Shown here in pieces: positions 26,288 to 33,678 of a stretch of DNA of 35,845 nt. How positions within the stretch are numbered: position 1 is the first letter of the stretch; the number at the start of each line of letters is the position of its first letter. The stretch is from a virus: the IMG/VR virus record IMGVR_UViG_3300017739_000038; one strand, given 5' to 3'. The notes under the pieces are model-generated. The model made no database searches. It was not told the DNA's origin and saw only the letters and a program-made list of their open reading frames with translations. A program made the translations under genes and the position numbers.

Positions 26288-29200
26288 TCAATATATATTA
26301 ACACTTGAACAAGAACCAAAGTCATAAACTGCACCTGGTCTAATTCCTGCTGTTGACATTCCAGTATAACCTATTCTAAAATAGTTTCTGTTTTCGTTTA
26401 TTCTAAAATTAGTTTCTGTTGTAGGTGCATATAGTGTACTTAAACTAGGGTCAGAATATAAATATGTGTTATCTCCAAAAGTCCCTACATAATAAACATT
26501 TACATCATAAGTGTTAAGAGTATTACAAGCTGCTGTTGAATTTAATGCAGAAGTTAATGATATTCTCATAACCTTTATACTAGATGGTCTTGTTGGTGTT
26601 ACAGTCGGTGGAACATAATTTGCAGCAGTACAATCTCTATATGTTACTAAATCTTCTACGTTAATAACAGTAGCATCACTTGAAGCTTGAGGGTTAAAAT
26701 AACTTAATCCTTCAAACTTAATAACGTCTGGAAAACTATAGCCACTTGTTCCTGTACCAACAACTAATGTTTGACTTGTATCTGTACATAATTGATACAC
26801 TCTTTTATTAGTAAGCCCAGTAGAAGATGGTGTTGTTCCACCTAAACAAGTTGCACAATCATTAAAAAATTGTGCATTAGAAGGATATTCTCCTGCTGCT
26901 TCATTATAAGCATCATTACCAGAAATAGCTAAACTTTTACAAGTATTTGTAGCATTACCAACTCTAAATACTAGTTCTAATTCAGAGTCAGAAACAATAT
27001 ACTCTAAAGTTCCTTCTGGCACTCCACATAATCTATAAGCACCATAAAACTTATTTGGGTCTATCAGTTGTTCAACTACTTCCTCTGTAGATTCTTCTTC
27101 TATTTGATTTACACAAGTGTCACAATCACCAAAAGGTTGTAATCTTGCTATATAATTTTCTTTTTCAGCACTTTCTACTATATAAGTACCATTAGGCATA
27201 GCAAAAGTGTCTTCATATTGAGTTACTATTGTATAACAACCCTCTCCACCAGTTTGACCAAAATCTTTTAAGTGTAATATTGTATCTACATTATAACTAA
27301 AATCTTTAAACACAAAATATTCAGTTGCACCAGCACTAGTTTGATTAGAACATCTTGTTAATGCTAATTTTTGTATTGTTCCAGAAGTAGGGTCAACAGG
27401 GTCAGTACAACTATTATTGCCACAAGGACCTAAAGTATAAGTTGAAGAACTTCCTGATATTTCTCTAATACTTCCATTAGAACCATCTGTACTATTAGAA
27501 TATGTTCGACTAGTTGTAGCTAGGGTTTGACCAGTTGCATCTTCAAAGAAAGCAGTAGCTAAACAAAATTCATTAGCACCATTTCTATCTGCATATAGAG
27601 TAATAGGCGTACCACTACAAGCTGCTTTACTTGGTAATAATGATGAACTAAATTTTGCAGAATATTGTGTTCTATTTTCCCATATAATTTGTAAATCACT
27701 TGTATCGCTTGTACCACTAACACTACAATTATATATCTTAGTTCCTGTTGTTGTTTGTGTCTCACCTCCACCTCCTGATTCATTTATAACTAATTGTTGA
27801 CTTGTAGCACCACTTATATCAGATAGAGTACCACCTGAATCTGCTTTACTCCATTGATAAGATGGATTTGTTATATTTTGTGATGAAGCTGTTAATACTG
27901 TTCTTTGACTAACGTATGCTTTACCTTGATTGTTACCATCTGATGTTGACATACTTAACGATACAGAAGGAGTTGTGTTTGATTGAGATGTAGTTCCACC
28001 CTCTTGTCCAGTTTCTATACTTTGATTACAAGGCGTAACATCAACTGCAAATCCACCAGCTATATCGTCACCATATATTTTACAATAAAAATCGGCAGGG
28101 TTGCCATCAGAACCTGTTAGTATTATTTTATACCAATTACCTGTTCCACCAAATGGGTTAGATATATGACCAGCACCTGACCTGTTTGTATATAAAGTAG
28201 CACCACTACCATCAACGTTATTACCTACAATAGAACCAACATAGTAAACTGGTATATCCGCAACTAAAGCACAAACATCACTACCATCAGTTCCAGGGTT
28301 GGTTACATAATCAGAAGATACTAACGCTTCGTTAACTTCTGTTTCTATAATGCTACCACCACAATCAGTTGTTGAGTTACAAGTAACAAGGTTTGATAAT
28401 CTACCATCACAAGTAGCACCTATCCTACCTACTTTGACATCACTTCCTACAACAAAATTATAGTATTGTCCAGAGCTTGAGTATGGTATTGTAAGTGCTT
28501 CATTTTTAAATAAGAAAACACCATTTGCTAATTCTGTTCCACCTGTCAAAGACCTAAAATAAGCTGTTTCTCTATTTGTTTCAGCACAAGCACAATTAGG
28601 CGTACCTTTACCAGTAACTGAAACTTGTACTTCTTGTGGAGTTCCAGCAGTTACAGAGTCAAGTATTGTTACAGATTTTACAGAATCGTTTGGTGCTGTA
28701 TTTGTTATGCCGTCTAATGTAATAGTAAATGTTTCACTTCCTTCAGCAGAACCATCTAATTTAGCTTCAAAGTCTAATTCAGCACCATTATTAAAAACTT
28801 GAAATGCTCCAGTTAAACTACCTCTAACTAAATCGGAAGCACTAACACCTGTAATAGTAAAAGGAACCAATGTGTTGTCTGGAACATTTGATGTGTATAA
28901 GCTTATTTTAAAAGGACATCCTTCAATAGTTTCAGTGGTGCTTCTACCCAAAACATACCTTGCAGATTCAGATACTGTACCTGTTAGTGTTGAAGCTAAA
29001 GTTACGTTAGCTTCACCAAATGTACCACTAAAACTAGCAGGAGTTGCTGTAAGTGCTGGACTTGATGTATAATCATTAGCATGAGCCAAAGCTATTGAAA
29101 AACTGTATGAGTCTCCATTTCTACCTTTTACTTCAAATACTTGTGTTTTTGTTTTATTTATTTCAGGTGTTGTTTGTGCTTGTATAGATGATGATTGAGT

Positions 29201-29656
29201 TACAAACCCTGTATAACCTATTGATGATATAGATGGTAAAATGTCGTTTGTTATTGTAAGTCTTGCATAGTATTGAGTTGCAGTTGCCCAAGACACTATA
29301 AATGCAGTAGCAGTAATTGTGTTACCGTCTGAGTCTGTTGTACTACATCCATAAGATATTTCTTGATTTGCTACACCTCCACCTAAGGTAACAGTTATAT
29401 CTATATCTGCTGTTGTACCTGATGCACCAGTACCTGTCCAAGTATAAGTTCCTGAACTTGTAAAGTTGACTGGTATAGCTCTAAGTGTTATAGCAGAACC
29501 AGAAGTTCCTTGACCTGGACTGTCTGATGTAGTTAAATCTGCGTTAACTTGTACTATCTTTAATTGGTATGTATCAGTATCTGAAGTAGTAACCACTTCG
29601 CTACCTGCACCAATTACATAATAAGGACTTCTGCTGTTTATTTTATTGACTGCCAT
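26288..29656 (-). CDS. giant Cys-rich virion protein (1122 aa)
   Basis: Ser/Thr/Gly-rich with Ig or Calx-beta-like stretches (VPFTITGVSASDLVRGSL...SETFTITLDG...SVTILD). I count about 27 cysteines, often paired (CAC, CDTC, CATC, CGNNSC). Confidence 0.5.
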   Translation of the reverse strand: MAVNKINSRSPYYVIGAGSEVVTTSDTDTYQLKIVQVNADLTTSDSPGQGTSGSAITLRAIPVNFTSSGTYTWTGTGASGTTADIDITVTLGGGVANQEISYGCSTTDSDGNTITATAFIVSWATATQYYARLTITNDILPSISSIGYTGFVTQSSSIQAQTTPEINKTKTQVFEVKGRNGDSYSFSIALAHANDYTSSPALTATPASFSGTFGEANVTLASTLTGTVSESARYVLGRSTTETIEGCPFKISLYTSNVPDNTLVPFTITGVSASDLVRGSLTGAFQVFNNGAELDFEAKLDGSAEGSETFTITLDGITNTAPNDSVKSVTILDSVTAGTPQEVQVSVTGKGTPNCACAETNRETAYFRSLTGGTELANGVFLFKNEALTIPYSSSGQYYNFVVGSDVKVGRIGATCDGRLSNLVTCNSTTDCGGSIIETEVNEALVSSDYVTNPGTDGSDVCALVADIPVYYVGSIVGNNVDGSGATLYTNRSGAGHISNPFGGTGNWYKIILTGSDGNPADFYCKIYGDDIAGGFAVDVTPCNQSIETGQEGGTTSQSNTTPSVSLSMSTSDGNNQGKAYVSQRTVLTASSQNITNPSYQWSKADSGGTLSDISGATSQQLVINESGGGGETQTTTGTKIYNCSVSGTSDTSDLQIIWENRTQYSAKFSSSLLPSKAACSGTPITLYADRNGANEFCLATAFFEDATGQTLATTSRTYSNSTDGSNGSIREISGSSSTYTLGPCGNNSCTDPVDPTSGTIQKLALTRCSNQTSAGATEYFVFKDFSYNVDTILHLKDFGQTGGEGCYTIVTQYEDTFAMPNGTYIVESAEKENYIARLQPFGDCDTCVNQIEEESTEEVVEQLIDPNKFYGAYRLCGVPEGTLEYIVSDSELELVFRVGNATNTCKSLAISGNDAYNEAAGEYPSNAQFFNDCATCLGGTTPSSTGLTNKRVYQLCTDTSQTLVVGTGTSGYSFPDVIKFEGLSYFNPQASSDATVINVEDLVTYRDCTAANYVPPTVTPTRPSSIKVMRISLTSALNSTAACNTLNTYDVNVYYVGTFGDNTYLYSDPSLSTLYAPTTETNFRINENRNYFRIGYTGMSTAGIRPGAVYDFGSCSSVNIY

Positions 29657-30083
29657 TGATTATATCATTTAAATCTTCTAAATAACTCTGTTCTATATCT
29701 TTTGTTAAAATAGGTAATATGTTTCCAATCACTTCATCTAAAAAGTTTGTTCCTTTATATCCTTTAATTCCAATAGATTGTGCCATTCTGTAAGCTGCTT
29801 TTTTTTGTTTACTTTCGCTCATCTCATTTGCTAAACCTTTTACCTTCATCCATTCAAGTATTGGTCTATAAGGTGGTGGTGTTTTACCTGGACTTCTACC
29901 ATAGTTAACCCAATACCAATAATAATTAGAAAATATGCTTATATTGTTTTTTGTGTATTCACCTCTAAAGCTTCTTTGTAAATCTCCTGTAGCATTACTA
30001 CCGTCAGTACTAAGACGGTCTTTTAGTTGGCTAACGATTTTCTGCGTATATTGTTCTAATAAAGCGTCTGTTCTTTTTCCCAT
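29643..30083 (-). CDS. HK97 gp10-like head-tail joining protein (146 aa from the ATG)
   Basis: ATGDLQRSFRGEY...SNYYWYWVNYGRSPG matches the gp10-family pattern (TG.Lr.S......yA.yvEyG). The track start at 30089 is a TTG. The ATG at 30083 forms a TAATG junction. Confidence 0.5.
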   Translation of the reverse strand: MGKRTDALLEQYTQKIVSQLKDRLSTDGSNATGDLQRSFRGEYTKNNISIFSNYYWYWVNYGRSPGKTPPPYRPILEWMKVKGLANEMSESKQKKAAYRMAQSIGIKGYKGTNFLDEVIGNILPILTKDIEQSYLEDLNDIINGSQ

Positions 30084-30544
30084 TAGCAAAGTGATAATTC
30101 GTTAGTAGGCACTTCTATACTTATAGTAACACCCCAACCAGCTAATTGATTCTCAAAGTTGTCTTGAAATGGTTCTGCTACTATGTCTGATGTTACTTGA
30201 AAGTTATCTGAGAAAGCATTTCCTCTTCTCATCTCTTGTTGTATGTCATTTACCACTTGTAATTGTGTGTTTAAAATATCTTGCAAGTTATCATTGCCAA
30301 ACATCATATCTTCTGTTTGTTTCTCTTTTGTTACATCTACTATGTCTAAACATAATATTCTTATATTAGCAGAAAGTATATGGTCACTAAAAGTTACATT
30401 ACCAAAAAACACATGAGCCAAAGGAAATATAGTTGTTTTGTTTAAGTCAACTTCTGTTAAGTCACCGAAGGTGACAGTTTTCGTAATTCCGTTTGCTCTA
30501 AGTATTTCTTTTACTTTGTCTAATATTGTATAAACTTGTCTCAT
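30083..30544 (-). CDS. putative neck / tail-completion protein (153 aa)
   Basis: Call rests on position next to the gp10-like gene and on N-terminal resemblance to tail-completion families (VYTILDKVKEILRANGITKTVTFGD....KTTIFPLAHVFFG). Confidence 0.35.
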   Translation of the reverse strand: MRQVYTILDKVKEILRANGITKTVTFGDLTEVDLNKTTIFPLAHVFFGNVTFSDHILSANIRILCLDIVDVTKEKQTEDMMFGNDNLQDILNTQLQVVNDIQQEMRRGNAFSDNFQVTSDIVAEPFQDNFENQLAGWGVTISIEVPTNELSLC

Positions 30545-30802
30545 TTTATATTTTGTTTTATCATTTTACTTTCTAATTCGTTTTTCTCCCTTTCAAATTC
30601 TAACCAGGTTAAACATTGAGAAATGGGGAGTTTTGTAATTTCTTCAAATTTTCTGACATCTCCTGAAGCAAGTGCGTAAATTGATTGATACCAACCCCAT
30701 TTTGCTCCAAACGACTCTTGAAGTCCGAGTCCTCTTTCAGTTGATTCGTTAAAGAGTCCATCAAATGTTTTGATAATTCTGTCCCTAAAGTGTAAAAAAA
30801 AA
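30541..30802 (-). other. -1 frame extension reachable only by a slip at the U9 run. The predicted trans-frame product is 178 aa (0 frame) plus 84 aa.
   Basis: The -1 frame has no stop from 30858 down to 30544 (105 codons checked triplet by triplet) and no ATG until 7 codons before its end. Its TGA (30541-30543) overlaps the ATG of the next gene. Confidence 0.4.
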
Positions 30803-31328
30803 CCGTAGCTCCTAATGCTACTTGTATAGGAGAATCTTTCATAACTTCTGAATATTTCTCAGAGCCTTCATAATCTTCAACTAAATAAAATTGATTCTTT
30901 TCGTGTGTGACTGGTCTATATAATACTGCCATAGCTTTGTGCATTTGTTGCCAATCACTAATATATTTTTCTAAATCTACAAACTCTCCCATAGATATAT
31001 CTTCTAATTTAGGAATAAATCCAAATGTTACTTTATTACCGTCTGGGTCTATCATATCAAATTTGTTTTGCAATTTATTGTCCACATTAAACAACTCGTT
31101 GATGTGATTTATTACTGATGTAAATTCTGTCATTGGTAATTGATATGCTTCTTTTAAGTTTACGTTGCAAAAACATTCTAACAGCTTAAGATTAGAAAAC
31201 TCCACTTCTTCTTGAGTTGGTTCTTCTTTTTTAGTTAAATGCTCTACATCATTTATATACTTTTGATATTGACCTAACTTTATATCACTCAAAGATGTAG
31301 GGATGTTTAGTGTGACCGTGTTACTCAT
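30609..31328 (-). CDS. first gene of the virion module, hypothetical (239 aa in the 0 frame), with an internal slippery run
   Basis: ATG at 31328. The product is acidic and helical. It contains ACG GTT TTT TTT TAC at 30794-30802. Confidence 0.6.
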   Translation of the reverse strand: MSNTVTLNIPTSLSDIKLGQYQKYINDVEHLTKKEEPTQEEVEFSNLKLLECFCNVNLKEAYQLPMTEFTSVINHINELFNVDNKLQNKFDMIDPDGNKVTFGFIPKLEDISMGEFVDLEKYISDWQQMHKAMAVLYRPVTHEKNQFYLVEDYEGSEKYSEVMKDSPIQVALGATVFFYTLGTELSKHLMDSLTNQLKEDSDFKSRLEQNGVGINQFTHLLQEMSENLKKLQNSPFLNV

Positions 31329-31533
31329 ATTATTATAACCATTTATTATTATTATGTAGTAAAGATATAAAAATAAAACACTTTTGCATTTATTAGTTAT
31401 ATTATCGAAGATTAAGAATTACAAACAATTTGAAATCTTCTCTGATAAATAATAAGTTAGGTTTAGGATAATTATATTCTTTTTATTAATTTAGCTTATG
31501 TAAGTATTTTTCATATTATAAAGTTTTGTTTAA

Positions 31534-31560
31534 AGCTCTGATTGTTTTCAGGGCTTTTTT
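31534..31560 (+). terminator. plus-sense rho-independent terminator in an otherwise minus-strand genome
   Basis: AGCTCTGA-ttgttt-TCAGGGCT forms 8 bp with one G-U, followed by a T5-6 run on the plus strand. In minus-sense RNA the wobble becomes a C-A mismatch and there is no U tail. Confidence 0.45.
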
Positions 31561-31794
31561 CATATCTGCTTGAATTTCCTTAAGTGGAGAAACAATACCC
31601 CTACTGACTCTATTTACGTCAATCTCTCATATTATCTCAATACAGAAGATTTAAACCACTGAAAAGAGTTTCAGCAATGCGTAGAATTTAAAAGTATTTT
31701 TAATCCCTTAAACCTCCTGTATTTTGATAATCAGCCAAATAGAAAATAATTTAATTTTATAATTGACTGGCTAAATATAAACTAAACTAATAAT

Positions 31795-31938
31795 TTAATA
31801 ACGCTCATTTAAGAACGTTTCTAGCTCGGAATAACTAACAGTATTCCAGTCTTTATTATTGTCCCTTAAATCGTCTAAAACTAAGTAAGGTTCTATAAAA
31901 TAATCTCCACAAAGAGATATAAAAGTTTGCTGTGTCAT
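31795..31938 (-). CDS. small hypothetical protein (47 aa)
   Basis: Hand translation: MTQQTFISLCGDYFIEPYLVLDDLRDNNKDWNTVSYSELETFLNERY. ATG start; non-repetitive composition. Confidence 0.45.
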   Translation of the reverse strand: MTQQTFISLCGDYFIEPYLVLDDLRDNNKDWNTVSYSELETFLNERY

Positions 31939-31970
31939 GTTGTTTATTTTAGTTATAATATAATCCAGTG

Positions 31971-32013
31971 AAAAAAGAAATATAAAAACGCCACCACCAG
32001 AATAAAAGGCGTT
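31971..32013 (-). terminator. weak candidate terminator (minus sense)
   Basis: AACGCC-(14-nt loop)-GGCGTT is followed on the minus strand by TTTTATATTTCTTTTTT, downstream of 32072..32380. Confidence 0.3.
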
Positions 32014-32071
32014 ATCTTTTCTATTATTATAATTAATCTATCTAACATCTTAAATATTTTATGTTTCATAA

Positions 32072-32380
32072 TTAATGTTTTATTGTTAATTCGTGGTTAT
32101 CTACTTTATAATTAATAAAATTCTCTACCTTTACCTCATCAAGTTTGTAATCATATAAAGCTCTTTTAATTAAGTAGCCATCCAGATAAAATCTGTACTC
32201 ATGTAAATTAGGTTTTATCTCTTTATGTGTTGTCTTAGTATTAAAGAATTTATAACTCCTTTGTCTGCTAGTTCCAACGTAACAATTAAGCTCTCCATGC
32301 TCTCTTATTCCGTAACTTTTATTTCCTTGCTTGTAAGCACAGGAATTAATAATGTTATATATTGGGTATTGCCTAGCCAT
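32072..32380 (-). CDS. hypothetical protein (102 aa from the ATG)
   Basis: MARQYPIYNIINSCAYKQGNKSYGIREHGELNCYVG... The ATG at 32380 forms a TAATG junction with the upstream gene. The longer track ORF would overlap that gene by 52 nt. Confidence 0.55.
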   Translation of the reverse strand: MARQYPIYNIINSCAYKQGNKSYGIREHGELNCYVGTSRQRSYKFFNTKTTHKEIKPNLHEYRFYLDGYLIKRALYDYKLDEVKVENFINYKVDNHELTIKH

Positions 32381-32589
32381 TATTTCCAGTAATTTAAATA
32401 AAAGTCCTGCTTTAATTCTTTGCCAACGCACAATTCAAAATCTTTGAAGGTACCCATTGTTAAATCTCTAGCCCATTTATGGTAAGTTAATTCCCTCTTT
32501 ACTGAGTCATATAGATTTTTATGAGTCTTTTTGTTTTTGTCAAATGCCAACTTAACTTCTGGCTTTAAAGTATTATATAAATTTTTCAT
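32380..32589 (-). CDS. hypothetical protein (69 aa)
   Basis: ATG at 32589, overlapped by the TGA of the upstream 45-aa ORF (ATGA). Confidence 0.55.
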   Translation of the reverse strand: MKNLYNTLKPEVKLAFDKNKKTHKNLYDSVKRELTYHKWARDLTMGTFKDFELCVGKELKQDFYLNYWK

Positions 32590-32723
32590 ATCGTATTTAA
32601 TTTAGTTTTATAATTTGTTTTTGCATTAACAGAATAAAAAGTCATTTTCTTTTCTGTTGTTGTTGCTTGTAAATTTAGCTTCTTTTGAAGCTTCTTATTG
32701 TTTAGTATATATTTAATCTTCAT
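32586..32723 (-). CDS. small basic hypothetical protein (45 aa)
   Basis: Hand translation: MKIKYILNNKKLQKKLNLQATTTEKKMTFYSVNAKTNYKTKLNTI. ATGA overlap with the next gene. It is the first ORF after the repeat-rich intergenic region. Confidence 0.4.
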   Translation of the reverse strand: MKIKYILNNKKLQKKLNLQATTTEKKMTFYSVNAKTNYKTKLNTI

Positions 32724-32772
32724 ATTGTTTAATTTGATATTGCTAAACTAGATATTTAACCAATACAAAAGT

Positions 32773-32801
32773 GTTAAAGAAAAGTTAAAGAAATGTTAAA
32801 G
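32773..32801. repeat. three GTTAAAG units at exact 11-bp phasing (CTTTAAC on the minus strand)
   Basis: gttaaag occurs at 32773, 32784 and 32795, about 50-80 nt upstream (minus sense) of the ATG at 32723. Confidence 0.85.
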
Positions 32802-32922
32802 CGTGGGAAGGCTTATGTATAAAGGGCTGACAGCGATTTGCTCACTTCTCAACTTTTTAATACTAGGATACCAAAAATAAATTAAAGTAGCTTAAAACGT
32901 CTCTAAATAGCCTTAGAAGATG

Positions 32923-32941
32923 TTAACAAAACTTTAACATT
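32923..32941 (+). repeat. 19-bp direct repeat, copy 1 (ttaacaaaactttaacatt)
   Basis: Identical to 33043..33061. It contains the TTAAC/CTTTAAC half-sites 11 bp apart, in the orientation opposite to the 32773 array. Confidence 0.9.
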
Positions 32942-33042
32942 ATTTACTTTGATTTGATAAATCTATTTATTAATCTTGCAACTTTTTCACACAAAACAGA
33001 CCATGCAAAATAATTTTATTACTTCCAAATATTTTGGGTACT

Positions 33043-33061
33043 TTAACAAAACTTTAACATT
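33043..33061 (+). repeat. 19-bp direct repeat, copy 2
   Basis: Identical to 32923..32941. Here the full CTTTAAC-AAAA-CTTTAAC lies at 33041-33058. Confidence 0.9.
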
Positions 33062-33083
33062 TGGGTATTTTGCAGGATTTCAA

Positions 33084-33318
33084 CCTACTGCGTTTAAGAA
33101 CCTACTGCGTTTAATGATTAACCCTACTGCGTTTAAGAAAACGCAACAGGTAGAAGCAAACTATTAAAACCAATCATGAAAAATGAAAAATCTCCTACCT
33201 ACTGCGTTTAAGAGTAATAAAAAAAGCAGATGGACGAATCAGGCATTACGTTTTTATATCGTCTTTCTAATGTTAGTCCTTTCATACTAACTGCCTGACC
33301 ACCTACTATGTTTAAGAA
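33084..33318 (+). repeat. cluster of five direct copies of the 17-nt motif CCTACTGCGTTTAAKRA
   Basis: The copies are 33084-33100, 33101-33117, 33123-33139, 33198-33214 (all with an exact 15-nt core) and 33302-33318 (cctactatgtttaagaa, 2 mismatches; it overlaps the stop of 33312..33554). Confidence 0.9.
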
Positions 33319-33554
33319 TTAACTTCTTTACTTATTATCTCACAAAACTCATCAAATATCTTATTAGATATGTCTTCGTACTCTTCAGCACTTAAAGTTC
33401 TGTCTGAATCCAAGTCAAACAAAGTCATCCTATCATCCTTAGAAGTGCTTAACTTATAAATTGTATAATCAACAAAGTCAAGAGAATCTAAGAAGTCAGA
33501 AGCCCAAGAATAAATAATATGCTTCTTTTTGTATTCTATGTCTTTTTTATTCAT
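33312..33554 (-). CDS. hypothetical acidic protein (80 aa from the ATG)
   Basis: MNKKDIEYKKKHIIYSWASDFLDSLDF... The track start at 33590 is a TTG. The ATG at 33554 lies 4 nt after the stop of the 39-aa ORF. Confidence 0.5.
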   Translation of the reverse strand: MNKKDIEYKKKHIIYSWASDFLDSLDFVDYTIYKLSTSKDDRMTLFDLDSDRTLSAEEYEDISNKIFDEFCEIISKEVNS

Positions 33555-33558
33555 ATTA

Positions 33559-33678
33559 TTATGCTTTATTATATTTATGCCATTTATCAATTATAGGTTC
33601 GTCTGTGCTATAATCAATATAAAAAACATAATCATCTATTTCAACGTACATTACGTGTTTTCTAATATCTAATTTCAT
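33559..33678 (-). CDS. small hypothetical protein (39 aa)
   Basis: Hand translation: MKLDIRKHVMYVEIDDYVFYIDYSTDEPIIDKWHKYNKA. TAATG junction with the 446-aa gene. Confidence 0.4.
   Translation of the reverse strand: MKLDIRKHVMYVEIDDYVFYIDYSTDEPIIDKWHKYNKA

Noticed and set aside
30645-30651. Second slippery heptamer A_AAT_TTG in the same gene, shifting into the same -1 frame
   Set aside because: It is in the correct register but is a much weaker slip site than U9. The -1 frame already opens upstream of the U-run. It is noted only as an alternative slip position.
31700-31720. AGGAGG Shine-Dalgarno-like sequence on the minus strand (plus strand cctcctg near 31711)
   Set aside because: No start codon lies within 15 nt downstream, and no other gene in the genome uses an SD sequence.
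32976-33167. Plus-strand 63-aa ORF across the left repeat cluster
   Set aside because: It starts at a TTG. Its sequence is largely the translated 17-nt repeats, and different copies fall in different frames (PTAFK versus LLRLM). Conservation is therefore at the nucleotide level, with no coding support.
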